From NCBI RefSeq assembly GCF_006345805.1, contig NW_021833441.1:88963-152962 (forward strand): a stretch of 64,000 bases of DNA, given 5' to 3'. Under the pieces are notes generated by a model, which saw only the letters and a list, made by a program, of their open reading frames with translations, searched no databases and was not told the origin of the DNA. The position numbers were made by a program, and so were the translations under genes. Positions 38,605 through 52,345 of this stretch are shown here, in pieces. Positions within the stretch are counted from its first letter, which is position 1. Every line of letters starts with the position of its first letter. This stretch comes from Octopus sinensis. Taxonomy: Eukaryota.

Positions 38605-40696
38605 ACAGGTTATTATATGTCTTTAATGTCACACCGATTTTTAAACAGCTTATGGATGCAGTGTTAGCGGATAGTGAATTTGCATTTCCATATCTGGATG
38701 ATATACTCATTAAAAGCGAATCACGGGATCAACATGTAGAGCATATAATATATATGTTCGAAGAAATTAGGGATTACATTGAAAACGAAAGCGTGATTTT
38801 TTCTGACTGAAAATAATATTGGACAAACAATCGAAAGAAATGGACGAGGACCAGATCCATTGAAGGCAGGCGCAATTAAATACATGCCCCCTCCGACAAA
38901 TATACATGATTGCTTTGGAGACGAGCAAATTATTACCAAAATTATATTCTAAATATGCATAGGGTAAGTGTTACAGTAGATTATGTATTTAAAAAATGTC
39001 AATTGAAATTGCTCTGAAAATTGTCAATGGGAATTCGACGAAATTTTAGAATATTAACATCTGATTTGTTGTTAGCACGCTTCAATTCTGTAGCGGAGAA
39101 TATTGTAACTTCAGATGCCTCTGAATACTGAATCGGCGCAGTAATGCTATATAAATAAAAAGATGGTAACATGAAGGCGGTGGTTTACGATATCAGAAGA
39201 AAATATTACAGCCAAATCAAAAAAGAGGCTCTTGTAATTATTTTTGCAGTAAAAAATTGCATAGGTTTTTACACGGCAGAAGTATTTGAATACAGACAGA
39301 TCATCGTCCGTTATTATCAGTATATGAGTAAAAGAAATAAATATCTAGCCGTACTGCTAATAGGCTGCCACGCTGTGGTACTGTATTATTAAGCTATGAA
39401 TTTTAGATAGAGTATATACCATCTAAATAATAAGGACACGCTAATTGTTTATCAAGACAGATTTCAGAAAATGCTAAACCATTTGAAGATACCGTGATTG
39501 CTACTTTGCGAGCGAAAAATGAAATTAAAATCAAACTGTATAACTCCCCGCGTGAACTGCTATTTACGTTACAAGACATAAAATTACAATTGGGAAACGA
39601 TATATTCATTAAAAAATGAAAGAAATGCAGAAGTGTTAAAGAGATGAAAAATATTCGAGCCTATCACAAGGTGTGACAATGTGCTGATGTATGCACAAAG
39701 AGTCGTAGTGCCAGTACACTACAAAAGCAATTACTGAAGGAATTTCATATTGAGTCAAAGGGATTTCAATAATGAAATCGTTAATGAGAAGTTAGGTATA
39801 CTGGCCAACAACGGACTGTAACATTGAAGATATAGTGATAGTATGCAATACCTGTTCTCTAGCTCCAAATACACCCGTCACAAAATGGCACCCGTGGACA
39901 AAATCACTTAAGGTTTCATATCACTTCATTGTGGGGGAGTGTTTTTCAACGTGGTCTGAAGTGCATAAATGTAGAAAGCCGACATCTCTGGTTACAGTGA
40001 TATTCGATCTTTGTCAGAAAGATCAGATCCATCTTTGATCAGCCGATACCGAGTGAAAATATAAAAAAAAAACGAATAATATTCCAAAATTCTTCAAGTT
40101 AGGTGACAATGTGTTTGAAGACCTATAGATATAGTAAAGAAGGCTGGGAGGATGGTACAATTATTAAATAAATTGCAAGAATGATATTCCTGGTAAAAGG
40201 TAAAACAAATATCGAACATAAAAGACTTATTAACCAACTTAAAACCTGATTCAAGGAAAAATCAGACAAAAGAAGTGAATTTCACATGAAAGTATTGCAC
40301 GACACGTTTGAGGTACCAGCACAGAAACAATTTGCAATTACACGTTCTAGCACCAGAAAACGAAACGAATGGAAACACAAGAATTGAGCCCTAAGCATAA
40401 GAGATATTAAAATTCTGAGCGACTTTAATTCAAGTGGAGAATTTAGGGGAGACTAATTCTATAAAGGGGATATGCTGTGGAAAGATTCTGACAACATTAC
40501 AAGTGACTAAAAGTGGTCTGACACATTTCCATTACATGGAGAACTGTCTAGTCGTAAGCAATTTATTGTGAACAATTGATTGGTAAGCATTTCCCTATGA
40601 TCCGTTGGCAGAGAGCGTCGAGTCTCATGTAATAGTAATCGTATTGCATCGTGTAAACAGCTTCGTTAACTTATATATCCAATACCAGGATATAGA
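36414..40696 (+). mobile_element. Ty3/Gypsy LTR retrotransposon, old and decayed, with both LTRs
   Basis: LTRs ~36414-36622 and ~40473-40696 (TG.TGTGGAA.GATTC.GAC); PBS-like TGGCGAAGAG at 36627; PPT AAAGGGGA; gag FSYNPEDGITFSAYFRRYE, two zinc knuckles, RT YLDD, RNaseH SDAS/YSQIxKEAL, integrase YWP..CxxC. Confidence 0.9.
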
Positions 40697-40714
40697 ACGA
40701 ATTCAGGGCCAAAC

Positions 40715-42200
40715 TTAGCACAACACTACGAACTGTCAATGGTCACCTGCAGTACAGTCAGTTGTATATTATTAATGCATCACAGAGTGGAAGCAAGTCG
40801 GAACTCCCAAAGCTCTTCTCAAAGAATGGGTGTCATGTGCAACAAGTAAATCCTTATGCTGAGTTATATGGGAACATGCACTTAATTGAACAACAAGAGA
40901 TTGGAAGTGCCAGGAGTGAAAATGTACAATTACGAAAGTTTGAAATACGTTTCAAAAGAACGGGTTATATAAGGCGCTACAATGTTTCCCCTTGCAATGA
41001 AATAACTGCACCCTGAAAACCCTAAGGATGTAAAAAAAATTTATTTAAAATTGGTATTTTGGATGTTCCAGGTGATGAGCGCTTTGAGAAGTGAGCAGTG
41101 TAGGAGGTGAAATCTATGCAACATTTAAAGATGCGTACATATGAGTTCGTCTCCTCCAAAATGATGAGGGTTTGGAGCATACCATACCTGAAGCTACTGC
41201 GAATCGGATGCCATTTCAGTTGCGTATTACGTTTGCTGTCCTCTGCATCTATTCAAATCCCTCCAATGTCTTCGCCTGTGGAATACTGACAAGAATTCTA
41301 TGATGGAAGATTATGCTCAGCGAGGCCTGAATGCAGACTCTACACTCCATAAATTCTGTGTTAATTGAAAATGGCACTAGCTGCATTAATATTAGCTTGC
41401 TTGTACCAATTGGAATGTAACGGGATGAGCAGATAGATGACATGAACCACTCACTCATTGCAACCCTTACTAACGAGCAGAAAGGGATCGCTGATGCAGT
41501 CATGAAAGACATTGGAAAGAAAAGTTTGAGGTGAGATGCTGGAATCTTTCTATTTCTCTGCTGATTTTCCCGGAGGATTTAACGTCATAAATTCCAATTC
41601 AATCCGTACACTTCATAAATTTCTTATTTACTTTTACAACGTTTTGTGTTTTCTTTTTGTTGTTGTTGACGGAATTACTGATAAATGTAAGTTCATAATT
41701 TACTGACAGGAGTAACCTAAAACATTTCACTTAAACCCGCGCACATAGTTAATTTCCCTAAAATTTCTTACTTACTTTTGCTCCGGTTTTTTGTTTGTCT
41801 GTTGTTAATGGATTTTTTCTGGTTCCTTCGATACTGGCACTTTGGTTCAGTTAGTGACAAATTTCGCTTCAACATGTACAATTCTTAATTCTCCGTAAAA
41901 CTATCTTGTTAATGTTCTGCTCGTCGTATTAAGAAATATAATTTTCGTTACCCAGTTATTTTCATTGTTTACTATCTTCTGCGCCGTCTATTTCTGTATA
42001 ACCATGCCTAGAAGGAAGGTGTCAAATTTTTCTACAATGTCAAGGTAAAGCCAAAAGAATGTCTCTGTCCAGGGAAAGAGAGACAGCTGCAGAAAGGGAA
42101 GCATACCAAGAAACGAACAGACTGTGCACTACGAAAAAAACAACATCTAAAAGTGATGAACAGAGGTATGCACGGCTGACAAGGAATAAGATCTCCACTA
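40715..42200 (+). mobile_element. Decayed Helitron RepHel fragments
   Basis: QYSQLYI..VNPYA..RRYN...NEI (Rep N-region) and LTNEQKGIADAV (helicase start); boundaries uncertain. Confidence 0.6.
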
Positions 42201-42484
42201 ATTACATTTATTTTTGACTGAGTATTCGTTTTCCTCTTCTCCCTATTTTCTTTCTTCTTTCTCTTCTACTACTTTCTTTTCCCTCTAAGCAGTTATGAAA
42301 GCGAAAGCTCATTAGGTCACTTTATCTAAAGAGGAACGCAAGACTTCCTCGTTCATATTTGAATCTTTTGCATGTCTGCAGTCTTACTTGTATTTTATTC
42401 GTTCCCCAACTAGATGGCAGCATAACTACATGCCAGATGACACTCAAAATCTTTAGTCACACACAACTTTATCGATATGTCTGA

Positions 42485-43335
42485 TGGGATCCAGACTACT
42501 AACAAACGCGAAGCTTTACAAAGCAACCAAAAAACCAACGGTTGAAAAATGTGGACGCCCAAACTGTGGAACCTGCCCCAACCTGCTTGAAGGCTCGGAC
42601 TTCCTTTTCAAACAAGGACAGAGGTTCACAATTAAAACTAGTTTCACTTGTGCATCTGAGAACCTAATTCATGTAATAACATGCTCGGGTTGAAGTCACA
42701 ACTATATTGGACAAACCAGTATGTCCTTGAGAAAGAGAACCACTCTAAATAAAGGGCAAATCCGTTTCCCGGAATACAGACAAATTCCTTTCAGTGAACA
42801 TATAGAATCTTGTGCAGGTAACATCAAACCAAATTTCACACTGTTCCCTTTTAACAGTGCAATAACGCAATCTCTCAACTAGAGCGTTTAAATAAAGAAA
42901 CTTTTTTCATTGAAAAATACAAGAAAACGCCTTAATATCCACGCATAACCAACTGTTATCATTTTTATATATTTCAATTCACGATTACATCACTGTACAT
43001 AAATCCCCTACTAAACAAGGTTTTTGAAACTTGTCTGTCTCTCTTCCTATATAATCCGCACCCATTACCGAAAGTTGAACCGTTATCTCCCTTACCCACA
43101 ACAATAACATGAATAACGACAACCAATAACCGCCTTTTATTTATCCACTTGTAAAGTCATTCACTCGTGAATTTCATCACACACAACATGGACAAAATTT
43201 CTTTCTAAGAAAAAATATATATTCAAATAAGTAAAATATAATATCATGAATAGCGATATCGAAACAGGTCAATATATTAAAAATTATATTAAAACTATGT
43301 AAGTGTGCGTATTTTCCTCTTTTAATTTCTTATAT
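42485..43335 (+). mobile_element. Penelope-like (Neptune-like) 3' fragment: Zn-finger plus GIY-YIG
   Basis: KCGRPNCGTC...FTCASENLIHVITCSG*..YIGQT. Confidence 0.8.
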
Positions 43336-43556
43336 ACATGACAACTCACCACGTGGGGATAATAGAAATTCCTCTTTTCTGTTACTACAACTACTGCTAC
43401 ATATATACATATATGTATATATAGGATATGAGAGGTAATGTTGTCAAGGAGACCCAAATGTGTTAGTTAAAGCTGAGTAGGTGCTATGGACATGCAAATG
43501 AGGAGTCCAACGTAGGTCATATTTTTACATCTATATGTATAAAATTACAGAAGGAA

Positions 43557-43809
43557 ATAAAAATGCAAGGCTGTGAAACATTTAAGAACATTTCTAAAGA
43601 GAAACGTTACAGCTGTTTCCGGGATATTTATGTATCTCTTCATCGGAGACGTTGCGAGAAGATGGTTAACCAATAGGTATTCTAGAATAACTATTGCCTA
43701 ACCATTTTCGCACACCGTCTTCGATGAAAGAATATATAAAATATCCCTGGAACAGCTGAAAGACCTCTCTATAAATGTTCTGGAATATTTCACAGCCTTG
43801 GACTTTTAT
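43557..43809. repeat. Imperfect palindrome made of two opposed, degenerate hammerhead-containing Penelope termini
   Basis: Arms are reverse-complementary around TATTCTAGAATA; each has (C/T)CGATGA..G(A/G)AA-CAGCTG. Confidence 0.7.
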
Positions 43810-44524
43810 CTGATTCATTTATATATATCTTCTCTATATATAAAACTGAAATGCGTTTTTACCGCTTGGATCGCTTTCAATGCCACTACGACCCGTCCGT
43901 TTCGCTCCAAAATGTACAGGGTCATGTAGAATGAGGTTACGATGCTCGTGGGCTACCTAGAAATCCCTATCTTAAAAGGAGTGGTTGCTAGGGGCCATCT
44001 TCCTCACTCACGCTATTTCCTCCTTTCCCTCTCTTACTCCCCTTCATTCATAACGTTGACAATGTCCACTCCCGTTATTTAATGTATTGCCCTCAACTAC
44101 CTTTCATTTTCCTTCTATAAGTTCGTCAGGCGGGTTTCTTTGATGTATCTGTCGGCATTCATAGGGATAATTATCATCGCTACAAACACAACACAATCAT
44201 GAGAACAAATATTATGAATCAGATATTCATTGCGTTCATTTATTCATTGCATTCATTGCGTGTATTTATGTATATTACACTTTTTAATACTTTTTGATAG
44301 TTATATATATTTTTAAACAAATTATAAATATAATTTAATAATTTTTATTTTAAATTTAAATAATTTAAATTTTAATTTATATATTTTCTATATTATATTT
44401 TTCTTTTATGTTTTTTTTTTGTTTTGCCTATTAGTGGTTTTATCTCTAATTTAATTTATACATATATATATATAATTTGTATATATAATGCGTGCACACC
44501 CACACACACACACGCATATATATA

Positions 44525-45371
44525 CTAGCAGAATTACCCGGCGTTGCTCGGGGCTGAATTGCTTGAAAGTACTGTTAATGATTGAACTGAATTATGATGA
44601 TTATTCAGGCAAATATTGATATAAGTTTACGCTGGGAGATAAAGACTTAACGATCAAACGTGTGCCATTGCATTGTTTTGGGGGAACCAAATTTCTGATG
44701 AGCATTATAGGGGCACCGACTTTAAGTTTGAGAATGTGTTGTGTTAGTCCGGGGTGCTCAAAGGAATTGAGTACCTCTATTGGATAGTTGATGACGTCCT
44801 GTGGGTCAGGAGTTGTATTGATAGACTGATATACATAGACTTCCCCAGGAATGAGTTTTAGCATTTCATCATTAATATGGTGAACAGTTTTATTCCTCGC
44901 GGCCAGTATAGCCTTTTGGCCAATCCAATCTATATTCTGATAATTAGCTTGTAGATCTTAGAACACTGCATCCCTGAGATCAGAAGGCGTCTTAACAATG
45001 GTACAAATGGAATCGATGGCAATATTACCATTTTCATCCCCTGGTATTTTGCCTTCGCCAAGTGCAAGGAGGGTGTGAGGAAATGCTGCTGATGTGATAT
45101 TACGTCGCATATGAGCACGCATATTGGTGTGAAGTTTGAAAGTTACTTCCCTTTATTAAAAAAAATATGCATTAAAATGTGAGAAAATGATGGTAAATTA
45201 TTTGTAAAATCGTAGACTCATCGTAGACGTGCGCTAATACCCAGAAGGGCTCGATATGAATCACGACTATAAGCTACTCGGTTTTGGTTAAACTGCATCG
45301 CAAAATGTGGGAGTAGTTAGGTATCTAAATCGAAGTAGACAGGCACACAACCTTTCTTTTATATATAAAGA
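44525..45371 (-). mobile_element. Helitron deletion derivative retaining a PIF1 helicase segment
   Basis: TC...CTAG termini with 3' hairpin; ORF 44601..44864 YPIEVLNS..LKLKVGAPIMLIRNL...CNGTRL. Confidence 0.88.
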
Positions 45372-45374
45372 TTT

Positions 45375-45705
45375 TCGTCCGTCCTAAAAACTTTGTGCGG
45401 AGTGAATGGTTACCTCTATGGAAATATATACACACAACATTATACATACATGTGTGTATAGATGAATATATAAATACATTTAAATATCTATATACACTTT
45501 TGGGCGATATTTCTGCTACTTGGATATACTTTAGATCTTATATTCGTCCAATTCGTCCTAAATAACTTTGTATGGAGTGAATGGTTACCTCTATGGAAAT
45601 ATATACACACACATTAAACATACATGTGTGTGTCTATATACACTTTTGGGCGATCTTTCTGCTACTTGGATATACTTTAGCTCTTATATTCGTCCTAAAA
45701 AACTT
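45375..45705 (+). repeat. Tandem duplication, unit about 170-180 bp
   Basis: cgtccta...gagtgaatggttacctctatggaaatatatacacac...cacttttgggcgat occurs twice. Confidence 0.85.
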
Positions 45706-46217
45706 TCCTGTCACACACTCACACACACGCACACACACACACACAGACGCACCCTCACACACACACGCACACTCACACACACACACACACACACTCACAC
45801 ACACACACACACACGTTAGCTTACAATTTTATTTATATATTTGCGTGTCTGTGTGTGTAAAGAGGAAGTGGGAATGTAGAGTGAAAGAGCTTTCACTTTA
45901 ATCGTTGCACAATTGCAAAGAAAATGGAGGAGAAATTAGGGTGATAAGGTCAGTGAATCAGATCGCTCCGTTTTTGTGTGTGTGTGTGTGCGTGTGCTGT
46001 AGCCCACACTAAGAAAAGACTTACACACCACAATGTGAGTTTTCTCTAAATTTTGCTTAATTGGGGTTGAAATTTGAAAAACTGGACCTGGCACGACCCG
46101 ATTTATTCTACTCTTAAAAATGCTAGGTAAATTGTAATTGAAGAAATCCTATATTGTAGATTTCTATAAGAGACAAAGGGAGGCAGATAAAATCTGCCTT
46201 TTATAATAAGAGATATA

Positions 46218-46820
46218 TCATCATCATCGTTTAACGTCCCTTTTCCGCGTTAGCACGGGTTGGACGGTTTGACCGGGGTCTGGGAAGCCAGGAGCTGCAC
46301 CAGGCTCCAGTCTGATCTGGCAGTGTTTCTACGGCTGGATGCTCTTCCTAACGCCAACCACTCCGCGAGTGTAGTGGGTGCTTTTACGTGCCACCTGCAT
46401 AGGTACCAGGGGGGGGGCTGGCATCGGCCATGATCGGTTGGTGGTTTTAACGTGCCACCGGCACGGAAGTCAACCAAGGCGGCGCTGGCATCGGTCACGT
46501 TCGGATGGTGCTTTTTATGTGCCACCGGCACAGAAGCCAGTCGAGGCGGGGCTGGCATTGACCACGTTCGGATGGTGCTTTTTATGTGCCACCGGCACAG
46601 GTATCACAACTACTATTTCCATTGATATTTATTTCGATGTTCATGTTCATGTACTTGACTCAACAGGTCTCCTCAAGCACAGCGGGGTGTTCCGGAATCC
46701 AAGATACTTTGAATGGGCAGGGGCTATGCGGAACTGGTGCAGGAAGCAGCCCGGGTTTTTGCAGTCACAGCATATCACTTGAGATCTCGGTCCATCGCCA
46801 TTGCCTCAGTGAGGCCCCAG
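46218..46820 (-). mobile_element. RTE-related SINE/LINE 3' end with (GAT)n tail and internal ~70-bp tandem units
   Basis: (CAT)n-CGTTTAACGTC start on plus; repeated GGTGCTTTT..GTGCCACCGGCAC; second copy at 47833-48145. Confidence 0.7.
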
Positions 46821-46859
46821 TGCATTGTCGGTCGGTTCAGCTGAAAATATGCACACCTA

Positions 46860-47700
46860 TGAACCCTTTCGTTACTGTATTTCTGACCAAAATACACGCC
46901 TTATGTGTTTCAATTAATTTCTAACATAATCATAAATTTAGTCTGGTTTCATTAAACAACTATTACTTTTTTATTTATCAATATATTAATCTGATTTTTG
47001 GAAGATAATTTAATGAAATGTTCTCAACCAATTCTCTACTATAATTTTTGTCACAAAGTGACACTAATTGCAGGTAGATACAGGTAAATTCAACAAAATA
47101 TAAAATTATAAAAATTTTGTTCAAACATCGCTATAGAAAATGGGTTATTAGCTAATATTCAATTGGGTATACAACAACATTTTACGATAGATTTTCTTAT
47201 TCTGGGTAACTTTCTGGTACCCATAATAATACTTATGGCAAAATAGTCTTAATTTCATTTAAGGTTGTGGGAAACCACTAACTATCCTTTCTTTCGCTTT
47301 GTTTACATTTAGCGTAACGGTTCGTTTCCGCCGTAATGATTTCAAATAGGCTCATTCGAAAAAGTAAGAAATAGTCTAAGGCTTTACTCTCCTGGGAAAG
47401 TCTGTGGCTTGGTCCAGTTTCTTCAGAAAAATCACCGAAAGGAACAGTTTTTCAATTTTCACTCCATTCAGGTGCCAATTCATTTTCTTTATCGCTGTCG
47501 GAGCTCTCGGATTCACTGTTTTCACTTTCGGAAAATGAAACATCAGATTCATTAACAAATACCACCTGCTTTTTTTTTTCAGTCATAGAGTTAGATTAAT
47601 CAAGGACTTCAGTAGAAAATCCATCGAATTCTAACTCGCTGCTTGATATGATGAAATTCGTATCCATTTTTTTGTCAGAATTACAAATTTTGAAAGATCT
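46860..47700 (-). mobile_element. Possible piggyBac-like relic
   Basis: AACCCTTTCGTTAC terminus and an acidic N-terminal remnant (SSELEFDGF) on minus. Confidence 0.35.
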
Positions 47701-47832
47701 TTTGTTGTTTATAAATGGGAGAGAGATAGATAAAGATACAGAGTAAGAGAAAGCGAGGGAGAGTCCGAGAGAAAAGAAAACTAAGAGAGTGGGAAAGTGA
47801 GAGAGAAAGGAGAGAGAAACAAAGAGGGAGAA

Positions 47833-48145
47833 TCATCATCATCATCATCATCGTTTAACGTCAGTTTCCCATGCTAGCACGGGTTGGACAGTTTGACCGC
47901 GGTCTGGGAAGGTAGGAGGCTGCACCAGGCTCCAGTCTGATCTGGCAGTGTTTCTACAGGTGGATGATCTTCCTAACGCCAACCACTCTGTGAGTGTAGT
48001 GGGTGCTTTTTTCGTGCCGCCGGCACAGGTGCCAGGGGGGCTCGCAGCGGCAATGATCGGTTGGTGCTTTTTAAGTGCCACTAGCACAGAAGCCAGTCAA
48101 GGCGGCGCTGCAATCGGCCACGTTCGGATGGTGCTTTTTACATGG
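47833..48145 (-). mobile_element. Second copy of the RTE-related SINE-like repeat
   Basis: Collinear with 46218-46530. Confidence 0.7.
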
Positions 48146-48220
48146 TGAAAGGAAGCAACAGAAAGTAACAACCACACTCTTACCCACGCGTAGAGCGGGT
48201 CACATTCAGCTAGTATATAT

Positions 48221-48273
<53 letters not shown>

Positions 48274-48532
48274 AACACACACACACACACATACAGATAT
48301 ATATGTACATAACAATACATATATGTATATATAAATGCAAGTGTATGTGGTTATCTATGATTGCTTACGAATTTCATTTTCAAATTTCTTAATCCCGAAT
48401 TATAGGTTGTCCATAAATAGTGGACCTGGATACCGTAAAGCTATTTTTCTATATGAAATACCCATTTTCTAGTTTCTCCGCCTGAGAAACAGTAGAACTA
48501 CCCGATCAACGACAATTATTACTGCTAGTATA

Positions 48533-48625
<93 letters not shown>

Positions 48626-48632
48626 ATATATA

Positions 48633-48786
48633 CTTTATTTTAAGCAGCAGAAAATTCAACAAAACCTGTTACTCTGAGTTTCTCATTGCCGTTCATCAGA
48701 CAGTTCTAGCAAAAACTGTCTGATGAACGGCAACGAGAAACTCAGAGTAACAGATTTTGTTGAATTTTCTGCTGCTTAAAATAAAG
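48633..48786. ncRNA. Near-perfect palindrome carrying two opposed minimal hammerheads (48666-48703 -, 48716-48753 +)
   Basis: Arms of ~73 bp are reverse-complementary with about two mismatches; both have CTGATGA/GAAA/TA cores. Confidence 0.75.
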
Positions 48787-48835
48787 CATATTACTCTACC
48801 ACTGGTATTTGAGTACTCTTATGTGTTTACTCCGG

Positions 48836-48866
<31 letters not shown>

Positions 48867-48893
48867 TATATATATATAATATATATATATATA

Positions 48894-49744
48894 CGCGGTA
48901 GTATCAAAATTTCACGGACAAACTCCATAGCGCGCCAACGCTTGGATGCACACAATTGTAAGCACGGTGATAGCGAGCAGTGACCTTCATGAAGCAGTAT
49001 GCTGAGTAACATCGATGTGTTTACTTCACGCGATGTGGAATTTGTATTTTTGTGATGACGTGTATGAATAGGACGGGTATGGACGAAAGAACCAACATGA
49101 AATTTTACGTAAAAATTGTGAAGTCTGCTATAGAGAGATGGAGAATTCTTCGGCAAGCTTCTAGCGACGAGACAATGGGTCGTACATAATGTTTCGAGTG
49201 CGCAGGTGTACGAGAGAATGACAGCTTAATCAAGAGAATTTTCAATATCGTTTCTACATCATCGGGTTGTGCATTGAGAATTCGACCCCCAAGTCCAAAA
49301 GAGGGATCAACTGCGATATTTTAAAGCTTTTCAAGGATGACATTCAAGAAAACTGACTTGATTTGTGGTGCGCAAAGTATTGGATTTTTCACAACGACAA
49401 TGTACTCTGTCACCACACTCGTGGGTATCTTGCCAAAAGCAACATGCTATCGCTTCCGTGCATGTCCTTTTCGCCAGATTCAGCACTTGGTGACTTCCAT
49501 CTCTTCCCCCAAGATAAAAAATACGGTTCACTGATCGAGATCAATAGGAAATTTAACACCGTTGTTGAGATCAAGATGTCCTCAAGAGGCCGGATTCCAA
49601 AAGTGTCAAGAAAGCTGGAGCGGGTGTATTCAAAAATCTTGCCGGTGTATTCCTGCACAAGGTGACTTTACCGAATGAGATGAAGTGAATATAAGTTAGT
49701 TTTATTAAACATAACTCATCCAGGAACATTACGATGCCACTTTG
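48894..49744 (+). mobile_element. Internally deleted, decayed mariner related to 29416-30195
   Basis: WIFHNDN, FSPDSALGDFHLFP; TIR remnants; collinear with the 29.4-kb copy. Confidence 0.75.
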
Positions 49745-49898
49745 TATTTATACGATGGGTTTCCTTTAGTTACCTTGAACAAATATACACGCGTTTGTTG
49801 TGCTGTAAGCCAGAGTACACGCAGTGGGACTGAATACAGTAGAAAATATTATATCACATTGATGCCAACACCTAATCGTATGTACATATATATATATA

Positions 49899-50767
49899 CA
49901 GGTTTCAACACGAAATTGTCACCATTACCTTTTTAATTTCGCGCATGCGCATTCTTTGTTTTTGACTTTGTCGACCACTCAGTATAGTATGATCAGTTGG
50001 GTACCGTCTGTGTGAAAAACAGCGCCATGGCGTAATTCACTCTGCCAGAAATTTTGGAAACGACATGCTGCACTGCTTGGCTTTCGCGCCGAGAGATCTA
50101 ATATGAACATTTCAGAGTGTTTGGGTGTCAGGCTGAGGAATGTGCAATCCAAGGACATGTACTTCGACTGATAAAAATCAAACATCCAGTCAACATCATG
50201 GTGTTTGGAGTGATCACTAATGATGGTGACATTATGCTTTCATTCACGGTTTCATACTCAATACGGTGGCCTACATCAAGTGCCTGGCGAAGGTAGTGCT
50301 TCCCTGGAGCAAAGGGGTGGCTGATGGAAGATCCTATCTCTGGTAGCAGGACTGTGTACCATGCCATACAACCAGGAGAACCCAGCCATGGCTGTCAGAC
50401 AAATTCTGCGACCACATCACCCCTAAAATCACGCCATCTAACTCCCCAGGCTGGAACCCCCTTGATTATTATGCGTGGGACGCAGTTGACTGAGAGGTCA
50501 ACAAAACCCCTTGTAACATCAAAGATAAACTGAATACAAGGATTATGGCAGTATTCACCAAATTAAACAAGTTGACCGTCCAAAAGAGTTTCAAGAGATT
50601 CCGAAGCTGACCGGAAGACGTGGTTGAAGCCAATAGCGATTTTATTGAAGACATTTACTTTCAAGATGCTTTTTCTGTTATTTTGGTAAATATACCTGTT
50701 AAAATGGGATGTCAGTGTTATTTTCATTTTTGCATAATTTAGATGACACTATATTTACCGTACCCTG
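49899..50767 (+). mobile_element. Tc1/mariner DD37D-type transposon, internally deleted
   Basis: TA-CAGG...CCTG-TA ends; KHPVNIMVFGVI, QDCVPCHT, PSNSPGWNPLDY. Confidence 0.75.
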
Positions 50768-50825
50768 TAGAAAATTTATATATATGTGTGAGTGTGTGTG
50801 TGTTTCTGTGTGTGTGTGTGTGTGT

Positions 50826-52345
50826 TTTGTGTGAGGATGCTCTTGAGTGCTACTGGTAAATCCTCCAATAGATGATACACAAGATAGCAATCCCTCCACA
50901 CTATCTATCAAAAGCCGCCTTATCCACATATGGAATGAAAAACGTAAAGCCAGAAACTTTTCTTTCTGGAATACGATTAAAAACAACCACAAGGCAGAAA
51001 TCTACGAACGCTGGCTAAACTCTACACCAATAATTTTGCCTCGTAAATTCCAACTTAAACGTATTCCAAAGAAGCCGACAAAGGAAGTGCGTTAGTAGTG
51101 ATGAATAAAGATTACTACACAAACTTAATACTTTCCATGTTGGAAAGTAATACTTACTATGAGAAATTAATACATAACAACCCACAGAAAACACTGAAAA
51201 ACTTGCCCTCCTTACTCCAAAATCATGGAAAGGGTCTCACTAAATTTGAAATAGACTTTTTACCCAATTTTAAATACGGTCCTAGTCTATTCTACGGATT
51301 ACCCCCCCCCCCCAAACAAAAATCCACGCGTTTGTGAAGCCTGCAAAGTCTCTACAAGCCTATGCATTAATGTCCCTTCCTCTACTGACCTCAAAATGAG
51401 ACCCATCATAGCTGGGCCTTCTTGTGAAACCCACCGTTTCAGCAATTTCCTCGACATCTAACACAAAACGTTTTTTTAAAAATATGTGAAAAGCTTTATC
51501 AGGGATGACCTAGACATGCTGAACCACCTCCCGAATACATTAAAGGAAGGAACCATGCTGGTGTCTTTCGATGTGGTGAATCTGTACACCAATATCCCAC
51601 ATGAGTATGGTATAGAAGCAATCACATCCTGGCTAGAAAAATACCCAGAAGAGATCCCAGGATACATAAACCACAGATTGATAATCGAAGCACTCAAATT
51701 CGTCCTGCTGAAAAACTATTTCATGTTCGATACAACTTACTATCGAAAACAATGTGGAATTGCAATGGGAACCTGAGCTGCTCCAGTGATTGCAAACCTT
51801 GTAATGGGTTACCTAGAACTGAAGTTATACCAATCATCACTAGAAAATTATGGCGCCTCTTTTAATTGCTATTTAAAGGAGAATTGGATGAGGTATTTGG
51901 ATGATTGCTTCATACTTTGGAAAGACAGCATGGACAAACTCCTTGATTTGAACGTAATGCTTAACAACATACATAGCAATATACAATTCACTATGGAACA
52001 CAACAGTAAACAACTCCCTTTTCTAGAGATCTTAATTAAAATAGTTAACCACAACATAGAAACAGATATCTTTTATAAATCCACAGATTCTAAACAATAC
52101 CTATTGTTTGACACCCCAAACACATAAAAATTAATACACCTTTTAATCTGGCGAAAAGAATATGTACCATAGCTTCGGATACATATATTCTTGAACAAAG
52201 ACTTCTTGAACTTAGATCAACACTAACTAAAAGACATTACCCAATCTCATTAATAAATGATGGCATTAGAAGAGATCAGGAAATAGATATACAAATATTA
52301 AGGCAAGCCAGCCGAAATTCTAGATCCAGACTTAAAAATACTCAT
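50826..52345 (+). mobile_element. Penelope-like (Neptune-like) RT, decayed
   Basis: KEADKGSA, FYGLP, RPII, SFDVVNLYTNIP, GIAMGT, RYLDD, LPFL. Confidence 0.88.

Noticed and set aside
43350-43396. Short GTGAGT-terminated candidate exon SSCSNRKEEFLLSPR
   Set aside because: Abuts a Penelope terminus, has no pyrimidine tract, and cannot be linked in phase.
46370-46600. Repeat-spacer-like pattern resembling CRISPR
   Set aside because: Internal tandem units of a eukaryotic SINE-like repeat; the spacers are themselves similar and there are no cas genes.
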